Positions 25,878-40,519 of a DNA stretch of 64,000 nucleotides are shown here, in pieces. The first letter of the stretch is position 1. The number at the start of each line of letters is the position of its first letter. Position numbers and translations under genes: made by a program. This DNA comes from Parasitella parasitica NRRL 2501 (taxonomy: Eukaryota > Fungi > Mucoromycota), in contig MU619280.1 of the NCBI GenBank assembly GCA_025201805.1, forward strand, positions 34,927 through 98,926. Reading direction: 5' to 3'. The notes beneath the pieces were generated by a model. It searched no databases and was not told the DNA's origin. It saw only the letters and a program-made list of their open reading frames with translations.

Positions 25878-26422
25878 TTATTTATCATCACCTTGTTCCT
25901 TTTCAAACGCATCCCAGTCAAAGTTGTCATAATCAGGCTCTTGATCCTCATCCTCCTTGTTGTGGACTGCTGCTGCTGCTGCTGCTTTGGGTATATCTTC
26001 TTTAGCCAGGATTTCATCATACCATTTTAATAGCTGATTCTTTTGCTTCGTTGTGAAACACGGCACCTTCAAACTGTCCTCGATCAACGGAAATGCGCTT
26101 ACTCTATCTGTCAAACCACTAATTATATAAAAATTTGATATTAGTTAATAAACCAGCAGAACCGTCGCTTGACGATACCTTCTGTCAAATACTGTAAAGT
26201 ACGCTTCGATGCATGCAAATAGCTTGTTTTTTTCTTTATCTGAGAATCGATAATCCTTGTTATGTTATTAGTTGTTGACTACTTCTGACCGAATTGACTA
26301 CACTCTACCTGATTTTTAAATATAAACTTCTTTAAGGTGTTCATTTGCTTGACTGTCTTTGCTGTAGGTGGTTTCGATATGCCTTTCGTATCATCGTGAA
26401 ATTGTTGGATACGTTGTTCCAT
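25878..26422 (-). CDS. Small hypothetical protein with acidic tail, 3 exons
   Basis: Spliced MEQRIQQFHDDTKGISKPPTAK..KKFIFKNQ|DYRFSDKEK..LTE|GLTDRVSAFPLIED..LLKWYDE..DFDWDAFEKE via GT-AG introns. Confidence 0.7.
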
Positions 26423-26494
26423 TTTCTTGAAGAAGCAGGATAAAAAGGGGAGACGGAAAAAATTATCATGACAACCTAATGCGCTCTGTCCCTT

Positions 26495-27225
26495 TCATTC
26501 AGGGGTGTCTTTTGAGTTTAACCGACATGGTACACGTAGCAAATATTTGTATACATTCCCCCCCCCCACGATCAAACAGTAACTATAAATTAGTGCTAGC
26601 AGCAAACAGTACGCTCAACATAGCATTTGAGTGTTATGAAAGCTATACACATATCGCTCAAAACACTTGGCATTTGGCCAAAATCTGTGCTTTTGGGAGC
26701 TTCTTTTCCTCGATTTCGCTTTTTTTTTTGAGTCGAAAAATACACTAAACAATCACTCCCATCAGAGAGATTTGTTCTGCTGTAGTTTTGCAGATCTTGA
26801 TTTTGACTCGATTTTGGCCTTGTGATTCCTCGTCCGAAAATCCAATTTTGACAAATTCAAAAGTATCTCCTCGATAACAAGCTTTTTACCGAAATTTGTC
26901 TTAATAAAAAGTATAAATTTCATTGATAATTAATCCTTTCAAGCTCAAAATCTTCTATATTTCGGCAAACAGTCGATGGAATCGACTGATCAACCATCAG
27001 GTAAGATTCGAACTCCGTTTTTGCTTCTTAATTTTATACTCGAAACATCATTATCATCGTGCCAAAGTATAAAGAATTATAAGGAGATGGATACGAAGTC
27101 TATCATATTCTAAGACTCTTTGCTTAACAAGCTGTATAATAACTCAATTTTGAAAAGTAAAAACTGCATAATGCAAATTGAATATTTTTCAAATCAAACA
27201 TCGTGAATTAGGACACCCGTATTAA
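26495..27225. mobile_element. Possible degenerate Tc1/mariner-like MITE
   Basis: GGACACCCGTA at ~27211-27221 reads TA-CGGGTGTCC on the minus strand, resembling a mariner TIR start. The partner CAGGGGTGTC at ~26500 matches only ~7 nt. Interior non-coding. Confidence 0.25.
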
Positions 27226-27383
27226 ACTTGGTTTACCTAGAATGCTGCAATAGAGATCATAGAATCAAAGATACGTAAAGAAAGTAAAACTGCAGGCTTT
27301 TATTTCTTTAATCTAAATATTATGCGCTTTTGCGACTGAAATAGTGTAGAAACAAGCACCGGGAATTTTACTGGGTTATTTGT

Positions 27384-28513
<1,130 letters not shown>

Positions 28514-30305
28514 GATATATGTGAGTTTATAATATGCAGACAATCTGGAGAGGTAAGAAAAAGAAAAAGCTGTGTGTATGTATGATAAGTCAAATCACTG
28601 TGAGAAAAAAATTGATTGCGCATCACTGCATCATCAATCTTATTTTGACTGCAGTCTCGGGCTAATCGTGCTTTACACGTTATCATGCTAATATATCACA
28701 ATCGAACACAAAATAACACTCGCATGGTAATAACTCTATTAGATATACATTGTTTGGCAACTCAAAAATACAGATTCCATAATAACCGAGAACCGAAGAG
28801 TCATTTACATAGCAATGAGCGGGCTGAATTTCAATTTACGGGATGATAGCCCAGGAACCTGATCTGCCAACCAGAGATATAGCATGAAAATCACAATATC
28901 AACATGGATACAAACATTCAGTTAAGGTTTTTTTCTTTTTTTTTTGTCTGACAATTTTGATTTACAAGCAAACTTTACCCCATATAAAATGATATTTCAA
29001 ATGACAACAACAGTGAAAAAAAAAATACACACATGAAAAAAGCATTGACCACATATTGATTGTTATTGTTTTTATCCTAATATTTGTGATACTTCATATG
29101 GTGAGAGACAGAAAGGTTAGGGCAAAGGCGAGATTAATCTTTTTTGTTGTTTTAGCCCACGCAACTAAAAGAATCCGTTACACTGGCATCATTATCGGCA
29201 TCATCAAGAGTTACACATGAAATGTTGTTTATTGTTTATCATATTATTTTTACCCATCGGGTCCTCTTCCGAAGCGACTTTTTTTTTTTTTTTTTTACAA
29301 AAAAGACAAAGAGAGGGAGAAAGAGGAGAGATGGTAATCTTATTACATACGAAAGGTGTTGTGTTATATAACCAGCATAGTGCAACTGAAAAAAGGATGA
29401 TTTGTACATATTCAATACATGAAACACTTTTTTTATTTTCCATACGTTAGAACATTTTTTTAACTTCTTGATAAAGAAAATGACTATCACCCAAGAGAAG
29501 ATCATCATCTGATTTATTGAATTAATATTTTATTTTATATACAAAGCAAACGTATATTTTTTAAATGGATTATTTTAATGTTATGCGCAAACTTGATATG
29601 TTGATTTTGTTGTCCAAACAATAATATAAACTGGATACAAGATCTGATATTTATTATATAATGTTGATCCTTTTTTTCTCTTTTCTTTTTTTAAGCAAGT
29701 TTCATGTAAACACAAAAAAGTATACATTAACATTTCACAAGCTTTTTTGAAAACAAGTGTGTTAGATTTTAATGAGGATAGCTATCATTTCTTTTTAGGA
29801 TTTACCAAATGAGTAGTTACCGGAAATCCTATTCCGGTCAGGGAAGGGTCAGGTTGTTGTTGTTATTGTCAATGGTTAGGAAAAAAAGCATGGCCCATGA
29901 GATGAAAAAAAGTGCCTTGTCAAATTTAACATTTCAAATGTGCATTTTTCTATTGTCAATTGAATATACTTACCATATGGAAGCATTGCAGGGGCAAAAA
30001 AAAGTGGTGCCTTGAAGGTAAGAGAGATTGTCAGCCGATAATGCCTGTTTTAAATGACTATATCAAGTGAGAGTGGAAACAGATTTTCAAACAGAAAGGG
30101 GACAAGAGTGAGAGAGGGCTCAAACTTACTTTTTTAGAGCAAGCCACATGATCTCTGTATATTTATATAATGTATTTAAACCCGTTATAATTTGGCTCTA
30201 ATCCTTTTCCTTTCAAGGCGATTTTCTTTCTCTTTCTTTCTCCCTTTCATCATCTTTTTTTCTCTCTATTTTCATATAAATCAACATTATATGATTTGTG
30301 TATAA

Positions 30306-32176
<1,871 letters not shown>

Positions 32177-34193
32177 AAAAATATCATACACCTAAGCATG
32201 CCCTGATTTTTTCCTCCCTTTTCATTATTTTTTTTTTTTTTTACTGTATCGTTTCATATATTTTTCAACAAGTAACTTATCATGAGTCTTATTATATATA
32301 TCATATTTCTATGTGTCGAATTTTTTTGTCTTTATATATATAAAATGTATCCTTCGATGATGTCCATTCAATAAAAACCCAATTTTCGTTAAAAAAAAAA
32401 GACGTGTTTCATCATGCAAGCAAAGGGCGCATTGAAACTATATTTCCATGGTTTAGTAAATAAGAGTCGGGCTCTTTCTGCGTCGTCCTCTGCCTTTTTT
32501 TATTTTTCTGATTTTACGATATTATGCCCACTGCATTTAATCTTCTAAAATGCCATCTAGTAAATGTATATTGTTAATATAATCATAATTTTAACATATT
32601 TATTGTTGTTATTTGTTTATTTATTATGGCTGTTTGTTTGTTGTTCACTTTGTTTACGATGCAAAACATAAAAGAAAAAAGCGGGTTGAATCAATGTTGC
32701 AAAAGCATATTTTCTCGAGTTTCTAGGCGTTGAGAGTAACCCTGTATCATCCATCTAAATCATAATTACAAGTGCATATAATAATGCACATCCGTCTTGA
32801 ATTTTGTTGTCAAAATAAATACACTACATGTTGCGCGATACACGTCTATGCAAAAGCTGCTATTATTGTGGATGAGCGGATGATTTGGTGCTCAAGCTTG
32901 GTTACACGCTTTTAGTTGTTTTTATTTACTCCTTGAACTCTATCTTTGCATAGAATAGCAACCAATAACGAAATGTGTAACCAATTCCCAACACCACCCT
33001 CCACCATAAATTAACACATGTTACATACATCATTATTATGAATTATCATCTACATGTACATTTCACTGTGATGTTAACCATTATTGTTACCAAGTAGCAA
33101 TATCGATTTAATATGTTAAATAGTGATAGACTTTGCTTATTTGTTATACAAATGTCACGGTAGCATGTCTTTGTATTACTTGTTAGGCAAATGCACTACT
33201 GCAGCATGTCTACACTCTGCATCTCATGTTCTTGAGATACGAGGTAACCCTCTGTGTTTTTTATAAGGATCCATAAGTTTCATCCAGTGTAACAGCAATG
33301 TATGTATTCTATCCGCGGCATCATCAGCTTTAAAGCTCTTGGATATATGACGTCAAATGTCTCCACTGCAAGCCTACAGATTCATTTATCTATGAATGCA
33401 TTAAGAAGAGCCAGAGATCAATTATTGCATCAATTTTACATGTTCATTTATCCAGGCTTGATGCAGATTTAATTCATTGCGCAACTGGCGGAAGTGACAC
33501 GCTACCGGTTCCATGAATTATTTTAAACAAGTACTATATGACACATACACCTTTTATAACTACAATTATTTATCATTTAAGAGACTATTTCCTCGGATAC
33601 CCGACTTGCTGAATATTTCTTTAGCAGGTATCACAGAAAGCTAACCAAGAGAAATAAATAATTTTTACAGAATGAATCAATCAAAAAATCTCCCTGTTGG
33701 GAACAAAAGGGTAAATTTTTCAAGCAAACCAAGTAAAAAAGCTCAAGTTCCTTTAGGTGAGAAAATCGAGTAGATTACCTAAGCTAAACGAATGTTTCAC
33801 TAAAGAGATAGATTATATCTCAAATGTATATACGGCTATACATTTTGAAATATATGTCGTGCTAGCTGATACACATACTTTGTTTCTTTTGAAATAATAC
33901 AGACCCCTTCGTTAAGGTATATCCTATTGAAAATCTAATCATTTCTAAAGATGAAAATTACCCCGCATTTCCAGCTGCTGGTAAAAGAGCATCTGATAAC
34001 TGTACACAGACAATTAGACCCAAGGAAAAAATCATTGATCTTGCCTAAAAGGAGAAATAATATAGAATTATAGTTTAGTAGCTGCAGCGACAACAAAAAG
34101 TATATATATATATAATATCTAGGACATGCTGTATCTCTTTGTATCATATAATACGGCATTATACTTGATAAACTTATCTTAAATCAGTTGAAA

Positions 34194-36056
34194 ATGTCAC
34201 CAATCATACCGCCCTCATCAAGTAAAGATCTAAAGGATTCAGCTAAATCGGATTATGGAATTACATTATATTTGTAAATTATTATATATCTATATATATA
34301 TTATATACAGCCCCTACATTTCTATTGACATATTATATGTAGAATCACAGCATTTTCTGCTATTGGAGGTTTCTTGTTTGGTTATGATTTTGGTGTTACT
34401 AGTGGTGTCATGGCAATGCCTCAATTTCAAGAATATTTTAATCCATTAACTCCTGAGATTAAAGGTGCCTTAAACTCATTGATGGGTTGTGGTGCAGTCA
34501 TTGGTTGCCTACTGGCTGGTGTCTTATCTGATCGTTTTGGTCGTCGTGATAGTATTGGCGGTTTTGCACTGATCTTTGTTGTAGGCGGCGTCCTTCAAGC
34601 AGCGTCTCAGAATATCACGATGCAATTGATAGGTAGATTCATTTCTGGTATATCCGTTGGAGCTTGCTCAGTTTTATGTAAGTTTTTGACAGTTCCTGAA
34701 TCTTCAAAATGCAGCGTCTGATATTATATCACCACCCTATCATATAGCACCAATGTACAATGCTGAACTGGCTCCCAAGGAGATCCGTGGTCGTCTTATT
34801 GGCTTTCAGCAACTAATGATTGATTCGGGAATGTTGATATCTGCATGGTTAGATTACGGCACAATCTATGTTCAGAGCGACTGGTCTTGGCGTATCCCAT
34901 ATTTGGTTCAAGTAGTTCCTGCTGTACTGTTGGCATTTTGCCCCTTTATTCTTCCAAGATCGCCTCGCTGGCTGATAGAAAAGGGAAGACATGAAGAAGC
35001 CATCAAAGTACTCGCTTATGTTCACGGCAGAAACGACACCAACCATCCTTACGTTTTAGAAGAATTCAATGAAATCAAGGACAATGTTGAATTAGAGAAC
35101 AACGTCGCAGTCGGTTCGTATATTACTATGGTAAAAGACCCTAGAAATCGTAGAGTTCTTTGGGTAGGTTGCTCCGTTGCTATTTTTCAACAACTGACAG
35201 GTGCCAATGTCATCATGTATTACGCCGCATTCATGTTCCAGCAAGCAGGCCTTCAGGGTTCATTATCGTTACTGGCCAATGGTATTGACTATGCTGTTAT
35301 GGTCATCTTCTGTATTCCGGGTATGATCCTTGTCGATAAAGTTGGTCGGGTCAAATTGATGGTCATTGGGTCTATTGGTATGTGTGTTTGTTTCTTCATC
35401 ATGGCTGGTTTGTATGGTGGCGTTGGGTTTACAGAATGGAATCAAGATCAATTGAGCCATGTTGTGAATATGAGCGCTAATCCCTCTGCTGAGCATGCTG
35501 TCATTGCATTTATCTTCATATTCGTAGCATTTTACGCTACAACCTGGGCACCTGTGGCATGGATTTACATTGCTGGTAAGTTTTGGATTGTAAAGCTGCA
35601 ATTATAAAATGACCCTTTAATGATTCATTTCGACTAGAAATATTTCCATTGAGAATCAGAAGTAAAGGTTTCGCATTGGCCTCGGCTATCCTGTGGGTTG
35701 GTAACATCTTAGTTGGCCAAGTTACTCCAATTTTGATGGATAAGATAACGTGGGGCACATATGTATTGTATGGTGTTATTGGTCTCATTATGTTGGCATG
35801 GATGTTTTTGTTTGCACCAGAGCCACGAAATCTTAGTCTGGAGGAAATCGAGGTTGTATTCCACGGTCCATTGATTGTCACCAAATTGAATTACGATGAA
35901 TACATCAAGGCACATCATGAAGATGTGGAGAGAATTCGTGCTGAGGTTGGCATTGCTTCTGGTGGTAGCCATGACGATGCAAAGAAAGCTGACAATTCCT
36001 TCGATAATGATTCCACAAGCGAAGGTAGTTCTAAAGAGAAGACAAAGCATACATGA
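34194..36056 (+). CDS. MFS sugar porter (high-affinity hexose transporter-like)
   Basis: FGYDFGV, DRFGRR, AELAPKEIRGR, PRSPRWL, QQLTGANVIMYY, DKVGRV, EIFPLRIR, PEPRNLSLEEI. Confidence 0.95.
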
Positions 36057-36107
36057 ACAAATAAGGAATCTGTTGCGCTCTTGCAGCAAGTGACGTATAG
36101 CGTAATA

Positions 36108-36242
36108 CAGTATTTCTACTTTAAATTCAGACGATGTTAGTTTTCTTTTGGACGAATCAAAATTAAAATTCAGATATTTAACTTACCTTTTTTGGATAAA
36201 ATCAAAAAGGAAATTCAGAAAGAAAAAGATTAGTTTCAGACA
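36108..36242. repeat. Left terminal inverted repeat
   Basis: Reverse complement reads TGTCTGAAACTAATCTTTTTCTTTCTGAATTTCC...TCCAAAAAAGGTAAG...ATTTTAATTTTGATTCGTCCAAAA...CTAACATCGTCTGAATT...ACTG. Confidence 0.9.
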
Positions 36243-36259
36243 AAGTTGGAGGTGGTGCG

Positions 36260-36545
36260 TTATCGCTGGAAGATATAAGGGTGACCATTGCCGTTCCAGA
36301 TGGTCTTGGCAATGATGAACATATTTTTGGCGGCCATTCCAATAAAATGTTACACCTTTTGCAGATGAATACTTGATTGATTTCGTGTCCTTCTTCACTT
36401 CTACACTTCTACACTTTGGATTCTTTAAGCTGTTTTCAAGGCAGTTGTTGCAAGTCTATAGAAGAAATGGCATTTCATTAATACTTGAATGATATACACA
36501 CGTATGCATTTCAACGTTGACGTTTTGTGTTCGTCAATTACAGTT
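36260..36545 (-). pseudogene. Degenerate Fanzor1 (eukaryotic TnpB) C-terminal fragment, arm 1
   Basis: VIDEHKTS (36518-36541; RuvC-II), intron-like spacer ending AG at 36456, TCNNC..., 8-bp duplication, ICKRCNI, frameshifted WN with the RD segment deleted, AAKNMFIIAKTIWNGNGHPYIFQR*. Confidence 0.75.
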
Positions 36546-36593
36546 TAATGAGGCAGTAAAAACCTACTAATTTTTTTATATACTTTTTACTAG

Positions 36594-36995
36594 GAGAAAA
36601 AAGTGGAAGCCATCAAAATTTGTTGAAGAAGATAAATCAAAGTACCACTCATTGTATTTGAAAACGGGATGTTTGGCAAAGATGTGGTAAAATTGAAAGG
36701 CTTACGTTGTGGTGCTGTTGGAGTTCTGTGGAGGTGCCTTAAGAAAAGAGAAGCTGCTGGAGATCTTCTGGTTGTGCCTATTGATGGATTCCTTACCTCT
36801 CAAATATGCAACTCTTGTAAAAGTAGAACGATGGTAAAACACCCTGATGTCACAGGCAATAGTGTACTTGTCTGTACAACTTGTAATACACTTAGGCAAA
36901 GAGACATCAGCGCATCAAAAAACATGATGTTTATATCTCTTTCTGTTTGGGATGGCCATGGAATTCCTGAAGTCTTCAGAAGGAACAACTTATAG
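36594..36995 (+). pseudogene. Degenerate Fanzor1 (eukaryotic TnpB) C-terminal fragment, arm 2
   Basis: After an intron acceptor at 36593: RKKWKP..DKS/frameshift/VPLIVFENGMFGKD...IDGFLTSQICNSC...CTTCNTLRQRDISASKNM, i.e. RuvC-II (E replaced by G), C4 zinc finger, RuvC-III. Confidence 0.85.
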
Positions 36996-37086
36996 ACTTC
37001 ACCTACCTCAATCGCCGTAATAAACACGGTTTCCCGTAATACGGATTTAGATTATTACAGGTAAATGTCCAAGTATTATCTTTTAA

Positions 37087-37221
37087 TGTCTGAAAACTAA
37101 TCTTTTTCTTTCTGAATTTCCTTTTATATTTTGTCCAAAAAAGGTAAGAAACTTGTCTATATTTTAATTTTGATTCGTCCAAAAAAAAACTAACATTGTC
37201 TGAATTAAAAGTGTAAAACTG
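37087..37221. repeat. Right terminal inverted repeat
   Basis: TGTCTGAAAACTAATCTTTTTCTTTCTGAATTTCC...TCCAAAAAAGGTAAG...ATTTTAATTTTGATTCGTCCAAAA...CTAACATTGTCTGAATT...ACTG. Confidence 0.9.
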
Positions 37222-37516
37222 TATTGTTTGGCGCACAAAAAATTATCGATGCCTCACATCGCTGTCGAGCAAAAAAAAAAAAAAAAACCCCCCAAGACAT
37301 AAATAGTGCTTCAATAATGAAATGTAACATGTTTAGCAACGATTCTATTTATTTGTGTAAACGGTTTTTTTTTCTGATCTGCATCTGCATGAAAATAACA
37401 AATAAACGAACAATAATTGCTAAAGGGGGTGGGGGAGGCAAAGTTTATTATGATATTGTAGATGTTGAGGCTATGCAGAAGAGTTCATGTGATATGCTTA
37501 TATATAGTTGTGATGT

Positions 37517-38534
37517 TTAAATGGCAATATTTCCTTCAAAAAATGAGGAAGAAGGTCTAATACTATTATCGATTTCCATATGTAGGTGAGAACTGAACGG
37601 CATACAACCTTCAAATACAGCCTCAGACATTAATGTACTCAATGTATCTACAGTATTTGTATCATTTTCTAATAGATGATTTGTTAACCTTCTCAAACTA
37701 CCCCAAACAATGGACAAAATAGCAGCCGAAGTCGAAGAGCCTGGTATGCCAGGATGATGAATAGGTATTCTGTCGAGAAAAAAAATTAATCTTTCATACC
37801 AAACACATATTAAACATTATACATTACCTATCAAGATTTACCTTCTTTTTTGATGTAAATTTGATATTATCATTATGATATCTCCTTGTAGCACCATGAT
37901 TTGCTTCATCTGACAATAATGTGTTGCTCATCTCCTCAGCTGACGAAACCCCATTAGTTAATTCTTGAGAAATTAAACCAGCTGCAGTTGGTATAAAACA
38001 AGGAGGCTCTACAACATTATTATCATTATTATTGCTCTTCACAAATGAAGGTGGTGTAATTCCACCGTGAGGGAGTGTAATGTCGACCTCAGATGAGTCA
38101 TTTTCCATGAGTTTATGTATAGCTTTTTTGAATTCATCCGACTCAGAGTCGTCATCTTCTACAGATGATGTTGCATTACTCGCACTAGTTGTTGTATTTT
38201 GGTCTGAAGAGTCTTCTAATAAAAATGTACCAGTGCCATCATGAGAAGGTAAAAATGCAATTGAATTTTGATGCTCAAAATCTGAATCAGTGTCTGATAT
38301 AATGCGAGTGGATGAGGCATACGATTCTGTTTCCGATAAAAAAATAGGTGATGAAGTTGACTGCAATGCTGAACTTATAACATGCCAATCTGTATCAGAA
38401 TCTGACATGGACTGGTAACCACTTTGATTCTGTTGTTGGCGATACTGCTGCTGCTGTGCCAAATCATTATGATCGGAATATTCTTCGGGCGAGAATCTAA
38501 GTGTAGGTTTTCTTTGTTGTTGAGCAAAAGCCAT
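37517..38534 (-). CDS. Hypothetical Ser/Asp-rich disordered protein, 2 exons
   Basis: 236-aa ORF ends at a GT donor (~37827) and continues in 37517-37770 (IPIHHPGIP..ILSIVWGSLRRLTNHLLEND). Contains a DTDWHVI motif. Confidence 0.75.
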
Positions 38535-38818
38535 GATACCAAGAGTAAACTACAAAAGGAAATAAAAGAAAAGAAGAGGAAAGAAAAGAGAGCGATAAAG
38601 AAAATCTTATCCGTAGAATTCAAACCGCATGAAAAACCCCAACCTTACACTTGTGACTAAGGGTAACATGTAGAAAGCCAAAATCAGAAATTTGAACACC
38701 CGTAGTAGAGATCTGATAATCTATAGATGCTGGCAAAAAGTATAAAAAGTTCTACCGAGAGATGAATCAAATGCTCTTATTTTACTATTTTATCTTCTCA
38801 TATATTTTCAAGGTTACC

Positions 38819-40519
38819 ATGGCAACAGCATATACTCCTCCTTCACCCGGATCAAAAATCATCATTGTGGGTGGTGGATGTTTCGGTCTATCAACTGCCT
38901 ATGCTCTCGCATTGAAGAACCATTATGAGATCTGGGTCTTTGATAGACAGGCCATTCCCGCTAATGATGCGGCATCTTGTGGTAAGATTCTAGTAAAGCC
39001 ATGTATTATATATATTTTTTCAAATAACATTCATATCTGTAGACATCAACAAGATTGTTCGCATGGATTACGCCAATGACACACTCTACATGCATCTGAT
39101 GGTTGAGGCATTTGGTATGTGGCACCAATGGAACAAGGAAAGAGCCGAGAAAAACCTTGATCCCGTATTTCATCAAAGCGGCGTCCTGTTATTCTCTGGC
39201 AAGGACAATTTTTCAGATTTTGAAAAGGATAGTATGAAGAATATCCGTGAAGCAGGTTATGGTCATTACATTGAAGAGTTCACTAGTCCAGAACAAATCA
39301 TTGAAAAATTCCCACAATTTGAAAAATCTGTTGAGAATGGTTTCAATACGGCTTATTTAAACAAGGAAGGAGGTAATATTTATTTATATTGTACATATAT
39401 GCTACTTGCAGTAATGATTGATAGCTTTGCTTATGAATACAAAAGGTTGGTGTAACTCTTCTGAAGCAGTGAAACATATTTACAACAAGTGCCTTGACTT
39501 GGGTGTTAATTTTATTACTGGAAAGGATATTGGATGTCTATCAAGTCTTTACTGTGATCGCAAAGATCCTACCACTGTTGTTGGTATCAAAACTGAAGAT
39601 GGTAAGATCCATTATGGTGACATAGTGTTATTAGCCACTGGTTCATGGACTGGCGCCGTGGTTGATATGCACAAACAAGTCGTGGCAACTGGTCAACAGG
39701 TCATTCACTTCCAGCCTCCTCAACATTTGCGTAAAGAGTGGGAAAAACTACCTGTCTGGTGTGGTGATCTCTCCAACACTGGATACTATGGTTTCCCTTG
39801 TAATGCAGATGGTATGATGAAAATTGGCAAACATCACAGCGGGTTAGTGGGGATTTTGTGACATGGAATATGTTTGACTGAATCTCTGTATGTACGGTAG
39901 CTATTTGAATCCTCGTGCTACTGATGAAGTTTCTGTACCAAGAACACAAGTAACACATACTGGAGATACCATTCCTATTGGTGCTCTTCGTGAGTTTCGT
40001 CAATTTATGGGTAAATTTCTTCCTGAAACTTCGAATTTGGACATTTCGTTTGGAAGAGTTTGCTGGTAAGTTGATCTAAGCAATACAACGACTCATACAT
40101 TGATCGGAATTGTGAGTATTTTTAGGTATTCAGACTCTATTGATGGTGATTTCGTAATAGGTCCTCATCCAGACTATAAAAATCTTCTGGTAGCTTGTGG
40201 TGATTCTGGTCATGGGCTTAAGCAAGTTGATCTACACAAAAAAAAGAAAAGAAAAAAAAAACTAATTATACTTTATATAAGATTCATTCCAATTATTGGC
40301 TTCAAGATTAGAGATATTATAGAAGGCATTGACACTAAATACAGTCGTGCATGGAAATGGCGTAATATGCAAACTCAAGATACCAAATTAGACGGTTTGC
40401 GTGCAGATTCTTTATTGCAACGACTGATTTTGTGCGAAGAAAACAATGCAGATGCTAGAATGTGTCATCTGGATGAGTTCAAGGCTTCGTTTAAGCATCA
40501 AAATACGGCCAAGATCTAA
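38819..40519 (+). CDS. FAD-dependent oxidoreductase, sarcosine/pipecolate/fructosyl-amino-acid oxidase family
   Basis: IIIVGGGCFGLSTA, AAS.DINKIVRMDY, LATGSWT, RVCWYSDS.DGDF.I..HP, GDSGHGLKF; C-terminal AKI is PTS1-like. Confidence 0.92.

Larger units (their letters stand above)
36108..37221. mobile_element. Non-autonomous Tc1/mariner-type element with ~135-bp TIRs carrying two back-to-back degenerate Fanzor 3' fragments
   Basis: Ends TA|CAGT...ACTG|TA (TA at 36106-7 and 37222-3). 36108-36242 is the reverse complement of 37087-37221 with scattered mismatches. No transposase. Confidence 0.85.

Noticed and set aside
36669-36995. Functional Fanzor/TnpB nuclease gene
   Set aside because: Only the C-terminal ~130 codons remain. 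RuvC-I is absent, the RuvC-II Glu is replaced by Gly and there is an upstream frameshift.
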